Shown here in pieces: positions 51,648 to 64,000 of a DNA stretch of 64,000 nucleotides; the stretch's first letter is position 1, and each line of letters begins with the position of its first letter. Position numbers and translations under genes: made by a program. The stretch covers positions 35,199-99,198 of the forward strand of contig CAWAWS010000013.1 in NCBI GenBank assembly GCA_963785725.1. Reading direction: 5' to 3'. A model generated the notes under the pieces. The model was not told the origin of the DNA. It ran no database searches and saw nothing but the letters and a program-made list of their open reading frames with translations. Source of the stretch: an uncultured delta proteobacterium (GTDB lineage Bacteria; Myxococcota_A; Polyangia; Palsa-1104).

Positions 51648-53273
51648 TCAGTAGCCGCCGGGCGGGCCGCGGTCTTTGTCGTCGCTGGGCGGGCGCTGAA
51701 TGGGCTTGGGCACCGGGCGCGTCGTGTTCCAGTTGGGGCCGAACAGCGACGCCATGGCGCCTTCGGCGGCGGCGCGCACGCCGGGATGCGGGTTGGCGGC
51801 GTTGGCGCGCAGCGCGGCGACGACTGACGCGGTCTTGTGCAGGCGAATGCGGCCGATGAGCTCGATGCGCTGGCTGGCGCTGGGGCTCGTCGACGCGGCG
51901 CGGGCGAGCTCGTCGGGCGTGGCGTTGGCGGCGATGGGCAGCGGCGTGCCGTCGACGAGCTCGGCGGCATCGGCGACGACGGTCGCGAGCGGCACCGGCG
52001 CAGCGACGGGCGCGGCCGGCGTCACGACCGGCGCCTCGGGCGGCGGCGCGGCCGGCGCGTCGGCGGCGGCGGCCGACGGATCGATCCCGAGCTTGGCGGC
52101 GAAGTGCTGCATCGCTTTCGCCGACATCTTGCGCGGCAGGGCCGGCGGATTTGCCGGCGGTGCCGCTGCAGCCGCGACGGCAGCCGGCGGCGCCGCGACG
52201 ACAGCGGGCGCCACCGGCGCCGGCGCGTCGGCGGCAGTTGGCGGCGCGGGGACGAGCGGCGCACCGCGCGGCGACGGCGGCGGCGCGGCGCGTGGCGGGG
52301 GCGGCGGCGCGCGATAGATGCCGAGCGCGCGCTCGGCGTCGCGAATGGCGAGCTGACGCACCTGCTCGAGGCCGTCGTCGACGGGCGGCTCCTCTTTGCG
52401 CGTGGCTTCGGCGACGGGCGCGGCGGCGGTCGGCGCCGGCGGATGCAGCGACAGGCGGCGCACGACGAAGGGCGCGGCGGCGACCGGATCGCGCGTGCGC
52501 TCGGCGTCCGCCAGGAGCACGAGCGGCGGCGCGATGGCCGTCGCCGCCGGCGCCAAGAGCGCGCGCCAACGCTCGCCCAGCGCCGCCGCGGCGCAGACGA
52601 TGAGCGCGTCGCCGTCGACGTCGGCGTCGCGGCGAGCACAGGCGAGCAGCAGCGCCGGATCGGCGGCGTCGGCCAGGAGCTCGCCGTCGACGAGGAGGAC
52701 GCCGCGACCGCGCGAACGCGCCAAGCCGGCGGCCAGCTCGTACGCTTCGCGCCGCGGACAGCCGTCGAGCGTCACCAGCGTCGCCGTCGCAGCGTCGAGG
52801 TCGCGCAAGAGCGCCGCCACGCGCGCCGGCACTTCGCCGCGGCCGTTGGGCACGATGCGGGCGACGCCGAGCCACAGCGCCTCGGGATCGGCGGCGCCGT
52901 CGAGCCGCGCGGACACGCCGGGCGCCGTGCGGACGAGATCGGTCGCGGCGGCGTGGCCGCCGCTGTTGCCGACGGCGACCAGCGCGTGACGACGCAGGGC
53001 GCGCTTGGGCGACAGCGCGGCGTCGACGTCGTCACCGAGCGTGGCGCGCACGAGCTCGACGGTCAGCCCGCCGGCGGCAGCGCGCGCGATCTTGGCGACG
53101 TCGAAGGCGCGCTCGACGGCGTGCGCCAGCTCGAGGATCCGCCGCTCGAGCGGATCGAGGGCGAAGCGCGCGGCGAGTGGCGACGGCTTGCGGTCGAGCT
53201 TGGCGCGCAGCGCTTTGGCGGCGGGCGCGCGCTTGAGCGCGGCCGCTGCCCACGCCGTAATCGGATCTTTCAT
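51648..53273 (-). CDS. Hypothetical protein: AAA-associated winged-helix-like N-terminus, Pro/Ala linker, C-terminal HEAT-like repeat
   Basis: LAARFALDPLERRIL...; no Walker A; PHPGVRAAA. Confidence 0.55.
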   Translation of the reverse strand: MKDPITAWAAAALKRAPAAKALRAKLDRKPSPLAARFALDPLERRILELAHAVERAFDVAKIARAAAGGLTVELVRATLGDDVDAALSPKRALRRHALVAVGNSGGHAAATDLVRTAPGVSARLDGAADPEALWLGVARIVPNGRGEVPARVAALLRDLDAATATLVTLDGCPRREAYELAAGLARSRGRGVLLVDGELLADAADPALLLACARRDADVDGDALIVCAAAALGERWRALLAPAATAIAPPLVLLADAERTRDPVAAAPFVVRRLSLHPPAPTAAAPVAEATRKEEPPVDDGLEQVRQLAIRDAERALGIYRAPPPPPRAAPPPSPRGAPLVPAPPTAADAPAPVAPAVVAAPPAAVAAAAAPPANPPALPRKMSAKAMQHFAAKLGIDPSAAAADAPAAPPPEAPVVTPAAPVAAPVPLATVVADAAELVDGTPLPIAANATPDELARAASTSPSASQRIELIGRIRLHKTASVVAALRANAANPHPGVRAAAEGAMASLFGPNWNTTRPVPKPIQRPPSDDKDRGPPGGY

Positions 53274-53306
53274 GCGCGCATCATACCCTGCCGTTCGCGC
53301 GGGCGG

Positions 53307-53391
53307 CGTGAGGTGGGTCGCGGTCGGCCGAGCGGCTCATCGCCCGCGCTCGGTTTCGCGTCTTTGATGAGGACGAGCTCACCCACTCGCG
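53307..53391 (+). ncRNA. Candidate structured RNA (three-way junction with loop-loop pairing); no family recognised
   Basis: Manual pairing of three stems and 7-nt loop complementarity; see findings. Confidence 0.3.
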
Positions 53392-53488
53392 AGACTGCTG
53401 CACCGGTTGCGGAGCGTTTGACCGGCGAGCGAGCCAGCCCCTCGACGGAAATCGCGCGACGAGCGCCGGCGCGTAGCGTTTGCGGCGA

Positions 53489-56740
<3,252 letters not shown>

Positions 56741-56789
56741 CGTTCAGCGACCGATTATGCCGCACTCTTCGTCATTCATTGTCGACGAA

Positions 56790-56973
56790 CGGGGCGTAAG
56801 TCGGTCGCTGGACCAGCATTCTCGCCTCAGCTGCGGCAGATGGGCATGCAGCTCACCGTAGCGGAGCGCGCCGTCCTTCAAGTGCGCGAGGATGACCGGC
56901 TTCCACTTGCCGCCGAGAATCTCGATGGCGAGCTCGACCCCGCAAGAAATCGACGCTTCAGGCTATGGGCCAT
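56790..56973 (-). pseudogene. HxlR-family winged-helix regulator remnant
   Basis: SCGVELAIEILGGKWKPVILAHLKDGALRYGEL, with frameshifts on both sides and a truncated C-terminus. Confidence 0.75.
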
Positions 56974-57009
56974 GGCTCTCGCTCGACTATAGGTTGACCG
57001 GCGCTCGGC

Positions 57010-57948
57010 TCACACGATGAGAACGCTGCTCGGAAACGGCAGCCCGCGCGCGCGAAGCGACCAGGTCTGGCCCGTGTCCGTCGAGACGTAGAGGTTGCCG
57101 CCGCCGTCGCAGATCGCGGCGGCCTCGCCGCGCGCCGCGATGCAGCGCGTGTCGACTCTGCCCTCGATCCAAGCAGGCAGTCCGCCGCCGACGAGAGCGA
57201 GAGGACCGCGGCTGTCGATGGGTCGTCGATAGACCGCGCCCTGTTTCGCGAAGGGGTCGGTCGCGGCCGATATGAAGACGTCGTCGCCGACGAAGGCGAC
57301 GGCGGAGCAATGCGGAGCGTGAAGGCCGGCGTCTTCGATCTCCCAGGTCGCGCCGCCGTCACGGCTGATGCAGAGGCCGACCGCGGCAGCGGCGACCACG
57401 ACGTCCGCGCGAGTCGGATGCGCGCACACTTCGTGCACGTCGCTTTCGACGTCGATTGTCGGCGTCCAGGTCGCGCCACCGTCTGTCGATCGCGGAATAC
57501 CGCCGACGTGAACGTTGGCGAGCAGCACGCCGTCCGACGTCGCCGTGATCGAACGGACTCCGAGCGGCGGGCCCACCACGCGACCGTCGATTACCGCTTG
57601 GCCTGCGTACCAGCGCTCGCGCCCGCAGACCGTGTCGAAGGCGCGAAGTGGCTGGACGCGCCCATCTGCTTCGACGCGCAACAGCCGCGCTTCGTCGGTC
57701 CCGAGGTAGAGGTCGTCGCCGACCGCCACGCAACACGAGAGCTCGTCCGCGAGCGTAATCGTCTTGCATGCCCCGGATGGATCGCGGCGCCGTAGCGAGC
57801 GCTTGCCGACGATCGCGAGCGCGCCACCGCGGCCGTCGGACGCAAGCGCATTGATCGATTGCCCGGCGAGCTCATGGGCGCGCGTCGCTTCGGTGACGAC
57901 GAACAGGCCGTCTTCCCACGTCGCGACCAGTACGGTTGGCGTCGTCAC
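57010..57948 (-). CDS. Asp-box/BNR beta-propeller protein
   Basis: RSTDGGATW, SRDGGATW, STDTGQTW repeats. Confidence 0.8.
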   Translation of the reverse strand: MTTPTVLVATWEDGLFVVTEATRAHELAGQSINALASDGRGGALAIVGKRSLRRRDPSGACKTITLADELSCCVAVGDDLYLGTDEARLLRVEADGRVQPLRAFDTVCGRERWYAGQAVIDGRVVGPPLGVRSITATSDGVLLANVHVGGIPRSTDGGATWTPTIDVESDVHEVCAHPTRADVVVAAAAVGLCISRDGGATWEIEDAGLHAPHCSAVAFVGDDVFISAATDPFAKQGAVYRRPIDSRGPLALVGGGLPAWIEGRVDTRCIAARGEAAAICDGGGNLYVSTDTGQTWSLRARGLPFPSSVLIV

Positions 57949-58070
57949 GCGCCCGAGCTTAGCCGCACGCTGCCGTGTTTCCCATAGCGCCGGCGGACCG
58001 AGCGAGTGGCCTCTACTTACCGCTTGGTGCGTTGTATCGCCGGGCGCCCCGACGCAAAACATCGGACGCA

Positions 58071-58235
58071 ATCGTCGAATACATTCGCTACGAAGTGCCG
58101 GCGACTGCGCGCGATGCCATCGTGGACGCCTACCGCGCGGCCGGCGCCGAGCTGCAGGCCGCCCGAGCAATGCCTGCGCTTCGAAGTCGCCCGAGGCGTC
58201 GAGGACGCCGGCGCACTTTACGCTGCGTGTCGCCG
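58071..58235 (+). pseudogene. Antibiotic biosynthesis monooxygenase (ABM) family remnant
   Basis: IVEYIRYEVP...AYRAAG..L.AA / EQCLRFEVARGVED across a frameshift; no start codon. Confidence 0.6.
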
Positions 58236-58238
58236 TAA

Positions 58239-58436
58239 TTTCCGTTCACTCCGGCGCAGGGCAAGACGTTTGCTTTTCGCATCGCGCCCATCGCCGCGCT
58301 TGCAGACAACGGCGTCAATGCCAACAAGTGGGAGCTGACCGAGCACCACGGGACGCACGTCGACGCGCCTTTGCATTTCGCGGCGAATGGCGCTCTCTTC
58401 GTGCCGGCGGTCGTCATCGATATGCGCGATAAGTGA
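58239..58436 (+). pseudogene. Cyclase/kynurenine formamidase family fragment
   Basis: NKWELTEHHGTHVDAPLHF (HxGTHxDxPxH), then VPAVVID and a premature TGA. Confidence 0.7.
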
Positions 58437-58519
58437 GCACGTCGACAAGTCGCTCACTCTCCACCGAGCACACGTCGCCTTGGCTCGACGTCGTTCAACG
58501 CCAACGAAGAGCAGCTCGA

Positions 58520-58813
58520 TCAGGTGCGGTCGTGCGGACGATTGGCGGCGCACGCTTTGACGTCATCGGCGTTCGCAGTCACACCCGGGACCGCCTTGCC
58601 GTCGAGAAGTGGCGCTATGCAGTCCTTCCATAGCCCTTTGTGCTCTTTGTGTCCGCCGTGGTGATAGCCGCCTGCCGTGCACGCCGTCTCGATCGACTGG
58701 CACGCGGGTGGAAGTGGCGCCTTGGGATGGGCACCGCCACCCTCCGCGAAGGCAGCACCGCTGATACAGAACGCGACCAGTGCAATGGACAGCTTCATGC
58801 GTTTCATTGTCAT
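58520..58813 (-). CDS. Small secreted Cys-containing protein
   Basis: Signal peptide ending AFA; four Cys; GLWKDCI.PLL.G. Confidence 0.6.
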   Translation of the reverse strand: MTMKRMKLSIALVAFCISGAAFAEGGGAHPKAPLPPACQSIETACTAGGYHHGGHKEHKGLWKDCIAPLLDGKAVPGVTANADDVKACAANRPHDRT

Positions 58814-58935
58814 CTCGGCCCAGAAAATGACAAGCCGCAGACCGCATGTTTGACGGCGTCGTTCCTCTCAGCAGCACGAGCCGTCCCGCCGATTTCCCGA
58901 GGTGCTCATGGGCACGCGCGGCATACTAGGGCCAC

Positions 58936-59277
58936 ATGCGACGCGCGCTCCCCATGCTGTTACTGCTGGCCAGCTGCGCACGTTCGCCAAAACCGGAGCG
59001 CACCTGGCGCACGTTCGCCGAGCCGTTCTGCCGGCAATACTGCATCCGGTGCCACAGCCCGGCGGGTGCGAAGGCGCCACTCGACTACAGTCGCTACGCC
59101 GAGGTGATTGGCACGGCCGAGCTGATTCGCTGCGGAATGGCGCCCCCGAGTCATCCGTCTGCAGGTTGCGGCCCTCAACCACACCCGGGCGAATTCCCGC
59201 TCGGCAAGGGACCGTTTCCAACTGACGCCGAGCGATTGGCATTCATTGCCTGGATTGAGGCGGGCGCACCTTATTGA
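58936..59277 (+). CDS. Small lipoprotein c-type cytochrome candidate
   Basis: LASC lipobox; YCIRCH; C-terminal PT..ER.....WIEAGAP typical of cytochrome c domains. Confidence 0.65.
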   Translation: MRRALPMLLLLASCARSPKPERTWRTFAEPFCRQYCIRCHSPAGAKAPLDYSRYAEVIGTAELIRCGMAPPSHPSAGCGPQPHPGEFPLGKGPFPTDAERLAFIAWIEAGAPY

Positions 59278-59280
59278 ACG

Positions 59281-60846
59281 TCAGGACGTAATCTTGAAGC
59301 TGATGGTGATGGGATAGACGGCGTGATCGTCGACGATCACGACTGGATACGTCGTCGGTGACAATCCAGGCACGGTGAAGGTCACGCCGGACGGCAGCGC
59401 GCCCGTGGCGCTGGTGGTGCTAGTAGCGACGGGCGTCGGGTTCGTGCCGAACAGGACTTTGACCTTCGCGCTGGCGCCGAAGTTTGTGCCGCTGACGGTG
59501 ATCGTGGAACCACCGGCGGCAGAAGTGGCGCTCAATGTGACCTGCGGCCCGTACGATAGAAACTGCCCGGTATATCCGAGGAAGAATATGCGGCCGTCGA
59601 TTCCGAGCGTCGCTGCGCCCTCATCTCCGGTGGGAATGGTGGGCGCTGCCACCCAGGCTTTGGTGATTGGATTGTAGGTGTCGACCAGGTCGAGATCGGT
59701 CGTGAGTGGAGGGACGTTCGAGGCGAAGGGAAAACCGCCCACGAGATAGATTCGCCCGTCCGGAGCCGCGACGACGCCGTGGTTGCTGCGCGGATTGGGA
59801 AGCGTGGGCACGTCGCTCCAGCTGTTCTTGGTCGCGTCGTAGACCTCGCCATGCTCGTAGTCCGCCGGTAGGCTCGAGCAGCCGTCGCCGCCGCCTAGCA
59901 CATAGATGCGTTGGTCGACGCCGACCACCGATTGGAACTGCGTGTGGAAATAGGCCAGCGGCGCGGCCGTCGACCAAGCCGGCTTGGTCGCGTCATACAC
60001 CTCTACGAGCTTGCCATACGTCATGCTCGCCGGCGTCGAGCCACCGATCACGTAGAGCTTGCCATCGGGGCCGACCACTGGGCCCGCATACGAGCGCGCG
60101 GTGGGGATCTGAAACGTCGCGGCGCCCCAACTGGGCCCGCCAGCATAGAATTGATAAATGGTCTGGCTCCCAGATCCATTCATACCGCCGCCGACGGCTA
60201 GCGGAATACCCTGGAATACTGTTCCACCTGCCGAGTGGATTGCCGCTGGCAGGTTGGGCGGCCCAGGAGTCCACTTATTGGCGACAGGATCGTAGTAATC
60301 GACCTCGGCAGTATCTACCTGCGCGGGTGGCAGTCCCTGGCCGGCGATATCGACGATTCGTCCGTCGGGCACCGTGGCGAGCGCGGGAAACGAACGCGGC
60401 GAAGGCGCCGCCGCCAACGTGACCCAGTTGGGTGGCCCGCTAGTCACCGTGCAAAACGAATACTTGCACAGGGCAGTGCTGCAATCGGTGTTGGTGACGC
60501 AGGCCTTATTGACCGCGCAGGGACCACACATGCTTCCGCCGCAATCGACATCGGTCTCGCCGGGATCCTTAACGCCATTGGCGCAAGGTGGAATACCGAG
60601 CAGGTCGGAGCCAGGCGAGAGATCGGAGCCGGCTGGCGGCGGGCTAAGATCGTCGCCGCTCATCGCGCTCATGTCTGTCGACGGCATATGGCCGTGCTGG
60701 TAGCAGGCGCCGCTGATGCAATCGTAGCCACTCGGGCAGAGCCGGTTCGGGTCGGAGCTGCACAAGAGCGTGCCGTCGACTGGGTGGGCTTTGAAGCAGC
60801 TCGCGAGCGCCATTCCTATCACGAAGAGCAATCCGATTCGCTTCAT
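59281..60846 (-). CDS. Kelch-repeat lipoprotein with Cys-rich N-terminus and Ig-like C-terminus
   Basis: LASC lipobox; CANGVKDPGETDVDCGG; DG(K/R)(L/I)YVxGG...VEVYD kelch blades. Confidence 0.85.
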   Translation of the reverse strand: MKRIGLLFVIGMALASCFKAHPVDGTLLCSSDPNRLCPSGYDCISGACYQHGHMPSTDMSAMSGDDLSPPPAGSDLSPGSDLLGIPPCANGVKDPGETDVDCGGSMCGPCAVNKACVTNTDCSTALCKYSFCTVTSGPPNWVTLAAAPSPRSFPALATVPDGRIVDIAGQGLPPAQVDTAEVDYYDPVANKWTPGPPNLPAAIHSAGGTVFQGIPLAVGGGMNGSGSQTIYQFYAGGPSWGAATFQIPTARSYAGPVVGPDGKLYVIGGSTPASMTYGKLVEVYDATKPAWSTAAPLAYFHTQFQSVVGVDQRIYVLGGGDGCSSLPADYEHGEVYDATKNSWSDVPTLPNPRSNHGVVAAPDGRIYLVGGFPFASNVPPLTTDLDLVDTYNPITKAWVAAPTIPTGDEGAATLGIDGRIFFLGYTGQFLSYGPQVTLSATSAAGGSTITVSGTNFGASAKVKVLFGTNPTPVATSTTSATGALPSGVTFTVPGLSPTTYPVVIVDDHAVYPITISFKITS

Positions 60847-61619
60847 CGGAGCACCCAGTTGCGCTGCGGAAGCGACGGACTGGCAGCGACGCGGCGGCGC
60901 TCGGGCCGGGTCTTGCCGAGCACGAACAGCGTCACGCCGGCGGCGAGAGCCACACCTCCCGCCGCGAAGAAGACAACGTCGAGCGTTTGAAATGTGCTGC
61001 GTCGATCGTCGACCGACGGATCGAACGTGCCCGGCCGCGAAAGCTGGTCGGCCGCCGACTTGGACTCGGCAGCAAATACTCCACCGCCGACGAGCAAGCC
61101 AATGCCAACGGCGCCGGTCGCGATGCCAGCGATGCGCAGCGTCCGATTGCGCTGCTGGAGCGCAGGATCGAGCTGCGAGGTTTCCTGTGTCACAGTTGGA
61201 TGCTCCGTGGTCTGGGCCGGAGTTTCCGCCGGCGGAGTGACTCCGGTTGGCGGCTGACGCGCACGCTGCTCTGCCACCGCGCGATCCATTCCTTCCACCA
61301 GCTTTTGCACCTCGACACGATTCGGTGCGTCGGGCGACTCGCGCAGATAGGCGCGATAGGTCAATGCCGCGCCGGCCTGGTCGCCAAGCTGCCGTTGGCA
61401 CTGCGCGATGTTGAAGAGAAAGGCCGGATCATGTTTGAGCCGATAGCCTTCCTTGAAGTCGGTCAGCGCCTTGTCGAATTCACTCAGGTTGTAGTGCGAC
61501 ATTCCCGAATCGTACAGAGCGCGCGCCTTGGCCACGTCCTCGGCAGCCCGTGCGGTCTCAGTAAAGGTCAGCGCTGCCATCAGTGCGAAGAGGCTTACGA
61601 ACAGGCGCGTATTTGCCAT
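60843..61619 (-). CDS. TPR-containing membrane protein
   Basis: Signal peptide; ALYDSG..HYNL, FLFNIAQCQR, YRAYL; C-terminal hydrophobic helices; overlaps the kelch gene start. Confidence 0.8.
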   Translation of the reverse strand: MANTRLFVSLFALMAALTFTETARAAEDVAKARALYDSGMSHYNLSEFDKALTDFKEGYRLKHDPAFLFNIAQCQRQLGDQAGAALTYRAYLRESPDAPNRVEVQKLVEGMDRAVAEQRARQPPTGVTPPAETPAQTTEHPTVTQETSQLDPALQQRNRTLRIAGIATGAVGIGLLVGGGVFAAESKSAADQLSRPGTFDPSVDDRRSTFQTLDVVFFAAGGVALAAGVTLFVLGKTRPERRRVAASPSLPQRNWVLR

Positions 61620-61837
61620 TGTCCGAATCACGTGTGCATTCCCCCAGGGCAAGCTTCGATTGTACCCGGATCCCAGGAGAGGATGACAGCGCCGGCCGCC
61701 GGCTCGATATTCGGAGAGGAGGGACGTGCAGTCGCCGGTGTGGTGCTTTCGGCCCCGGGCTTCACGACTGGTCTGGCAGTAGATTCGGGGACTTCCACTT
61801 CTCGGCCGCCGGCACGGCGCTCGCACATCGAGCCCTC

Positions 61838-62341
61838 ATGACCCGTCGTTACCTCATGGTCTTCGCCATCACGTTCACGGCCGGCTGTCATCGCGCGCCA
61901 GCCAAGCCGGCGGCCAGCACCGCTCCGGCCGCGTCGGCTCAGGCCGCCAGGGTGCATCACCAAGCCGGCGGCGAGGCGGACGGCCAAGCCGCCGGCTCGC
62001 CGATCGAGATCATCGTCAACGGCAAGCCGGCGCCCGATTGGACGCCCGAGCGGATCGCCGCCGGCCCATCGCTGCCGCTGACCAATCAGAACGGCGAGCA
62101 GCGCGATGCCTGGCTGCTCAAGCCGCTCACGCAGTCCATCCTCGGTCCCAAGGCGCGCATCGTGGCGCTCGCCACCGACGACCGGCGCGTGCCCATCGAC
62201 GAGCGCGCCTGGAACGATCCGGGGCGCACGCTCATCATGCGTCTCAGCCATCGCGGCCAGTACAAAGCCAACTGGATGCAATCGGGCGTCTCCGACGAAA
62301 CGCTCGTCAAAGGCATTACCCGCATCGAGATTGCGGAGTAG
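61838..62341 (+). CDS. Hypothetical lipoprotein
   Basis: MTRRYLMVFAITFTAGC lipobox. Confidence 0.6.
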   Translation: MTRRYLMVFAITFTAGCHRAPAKPAASTAPAASAQAARVHHQAGGEADGQAAGSPIEIIVNGKPAPDWTPERIAAGPSLPLTNQNGEQRDAWLLKPLTQSILGPKARIVALATDDRRVPIDERAWNDPGRTLIMRLSHRGQYKANWMQSGVSDETLVKGITRIEIAE

Positions 62342-62472
62342 CGACGGCGATCCAGCGCTCGCCCGCGATCCACCGCGCCAGCCAGGCACTCCCGAGCATC
62401 CCACGGACGTCGTCGATGGCCGTTGCGCGCGTCGGCTCTCTCGGTGCGCTCAGCTGCTTCGAGCGTCGACGC

Positions 62473-62805
62473 TCAATGCGTCGTGACGGTCGGGCTCGCT
62501 GGCCTTCCGAGCTCGAGCAACATCATGATCCACAGCACGCCGCCGCCGATGATGGCCGCGCCGCCCGCCGCCAAGAGTGCAATGCCGATGGTCTTATGCG
62601 TGCTGAAGCCGCCTGAGCCTTGGCAATCGCCGTCGCCACAGCCCGTATACTCGGCGACTCCGCCGATCATCATGACCGTGCCGCCGATGGCCACGCCGCC
62701 GCCGATCCACTCGGCCACACGCGCGGGACGCGGTCGATGCGCCGCACAGCCGGCGAGCAGCATCGCCAGCACGACGGCCAGCGCTCGCGTTGCACGGGGT
62801 CGCAT
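62473..62805 (-). CDS. Small Gly-rich membrane lipoprotein
   Basis: LAGC lipobox; two Gly-rich hydrophobic helices. Confidence 0.55.
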   Translation of the reverse strand: MRPRATRALAVVLAMLLAGCAAHRPRPARVAEWIGGGVAIGGTVMMIGGVAEYTGCGDGDCQGSGGFSTHKTIGIALLAAGGAAIIGGGVLWIMMLLELGRPASPTVTTH

Positions 62806-63004
62806 GCGGTCCGAGCACGATACTGTACCCACGCGACGGCGTCATCCCCACCAACGTTCACGCGCCAATCGTCGCTCCATAGCCGGGTCGAGCTTGGGCC
62901 GGCGCGTCTGCGTTCGCGCTCGCCAGGCTGACGACGAAGGTTGCTGACAGGAGCTTGGCAGCGCTGGCGAGGATAGTCGGTGGTGAAGAAGAGCTGGGGC
63001 GGAG

Positions 63005-63082
63005 TAAAGAAAGCGGCCCTTCTGGAACGAGCATCGTCACGTTTGAGCGAGGGAGCTGGCGTGCAACGCTCGTCCCAGAAGG
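63005..63082 (-). terminator. Long hairpin/terminator downstream of the cytochrome gene
   Basis: CCTTCTGG(A/G)ACGAGC inverted repeat 63018-63032 / 63068-63082; G-U pairing favours the minus strand; followed by TTTCTTT. Confidence 0.5.
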
Positions 63083-63097
63083 ACCGAGTGAAACCGG

Positions 63098-64000
63098 TTA
63101 CGGAGGGGTGGTGCCGAGAGTCGACGGACCGCAGGTGCCCGCGGTCATCTTCGCCATGGCGGCGTTGAAGAACGTGGTCAACCGCGTGTACGCCGACGGA
63201 GTGCCGCCGCCATTGTCGGTGTCGATGTTGAACTTCTCGTGCTGATCGAGACCGGTCGCGGCCTGATTGATGTAGTCACGATTGATGACCATCTTCAGGT
63301 TCGTCGGGTCGGTCGTATCGACGGTGAAGAAGTACTCCATGAACCAGCCGCCCTGCGGATTGGCCGCCGTGCTCAGAATCTGGAACATGCGCGTCGAGTC
63401 CGCGTTGGCGAGGAAGTAGCTGGCGTTGACGTGGCACTGCTGGCAGGCCGTGTTGGTGGTGTTCGTGGTCTTGTTCGCCCACGCCGTGGCCACGCCCGCC
63501 GAGTCGAAGTCGGTTTGCGTCATGCAGCCCGAGAACTTCGCGAGCAGCGCATCGCGCGGGCTGGTCGTGCTGGTCGAGCCGGCACGAGCGGTCTTCTCGG
63601 CAGTGAGCCAGTTGGTGATGTTGGTGACGTCGGTGGCCGAGTACGTGACGCCGCTGTGGCCGGCCGCGATCTTGGTGAGGATCGGCGCCGTCGTGGGCTC
63701 GAAGTTCGGGAACAGCACGTCGGCGTAGTTCAGGATCGTCGCGTACAGGTTCGCTTGCGTTCCGCTGGCGAACGGCGGCGGATTGGTGACCGCCGCGTTG
63801 CCGTGGCACGCCGAGTTGGAGCAGTCGGCCATGATGATCGGCGCGACGTTGGCGTCGAACAGCGGCTGCGCGTTCGACGGCGGAGGCGCCGTGGTGGTCC
63901 CCGCATCGGCACCACCGGTGCCGGTGCCGCCGCCAGTTCCGGCGCCGCCGGCCGTCCCGGCGCCGCCGGCGGTTCCGGTCCCGCCGGCGCAGCAATACAT
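63098..64000 (-). CDS. Putative c-type cytochrome (5' end outside the window)
   Basis: Gly/Thr linker; CSNSACH and CQQCH heme-type motifs. Confidence 0.65.
   Translation of the reverse strand: MYCCAGGTGTAGGAGTAGGAGTGGGTGTGGADAGTTTAPPPSNAQPLFDANVAPIIMADCSNSACHGNAAVTNPPPFASGTQANLYATILNYADVLFPNFEPTTAPILTKIAAGHSGVTYSATDVTNITNWLTAEKTARAGSTSTTSPRDALLAKFSGCMTQTDFDSAGVATAWANKTTNTTNTACQQCHVNASYFLANADSTRMFQILSTAANPQGGWFMEYFFTVDTTDPTNLKMVINRDYINQAATGLDQHEKFNIDTDNGGGTPSAYTRLTTFFNAAMAKMTAGTCGPSTLGTTPP

Noticed and set aside
53363..53371. TGATGAG as a hammerhead ribozyme core
   Set aside because: CUGAUGA is not exact and the GAAA and cleavage-site elements are not arranged correctly on the same strand

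Overview
High-GC window, probably from a Myxococcota (Polyangia/Haliangium-like) genome, inferred from the Haliangium ochraceum-type microcompartment genes, Cys-rich lipoproteins, an RpoH-like sigma factor and a Ser/Thr kinase. The standout is a bacterial microcompartment (BMC) operon on the minus strand (10022->5965): BMC-T, BMC-H, BMC-P, an acylating aldehyde dehydrogenase with an encapsulation peptide, a stand-alone class III adenylate cyclase, and a second BMC-T. An ISAzo13 element sits exactly in the last stop codon and separates the operon from a membrane histidine kinase, a C2-domain lipoprotein and a sigma54 response regulator. The rest encodes envelope proteins and lipoproteins, two ECF sigma modules, an ABC transporter, srkA, ppk1 with a phosphatase-like neighbour, a V4R sigma54 activator facing yceI-pirin, and a distal accessory region with gene remnants. 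Readable cis-signals include many apparently leaderless promoters, a shared ECF promoter, Fur-like, Pho-like and TetR operators, and a candidate kissing-loop RNA. Several single-base indels, clustered in the BMC genes, may be assembly errors. No rRNA, tRNA or CRISPR array was seen. All family calls come from motif recognition by eye, not database searches.
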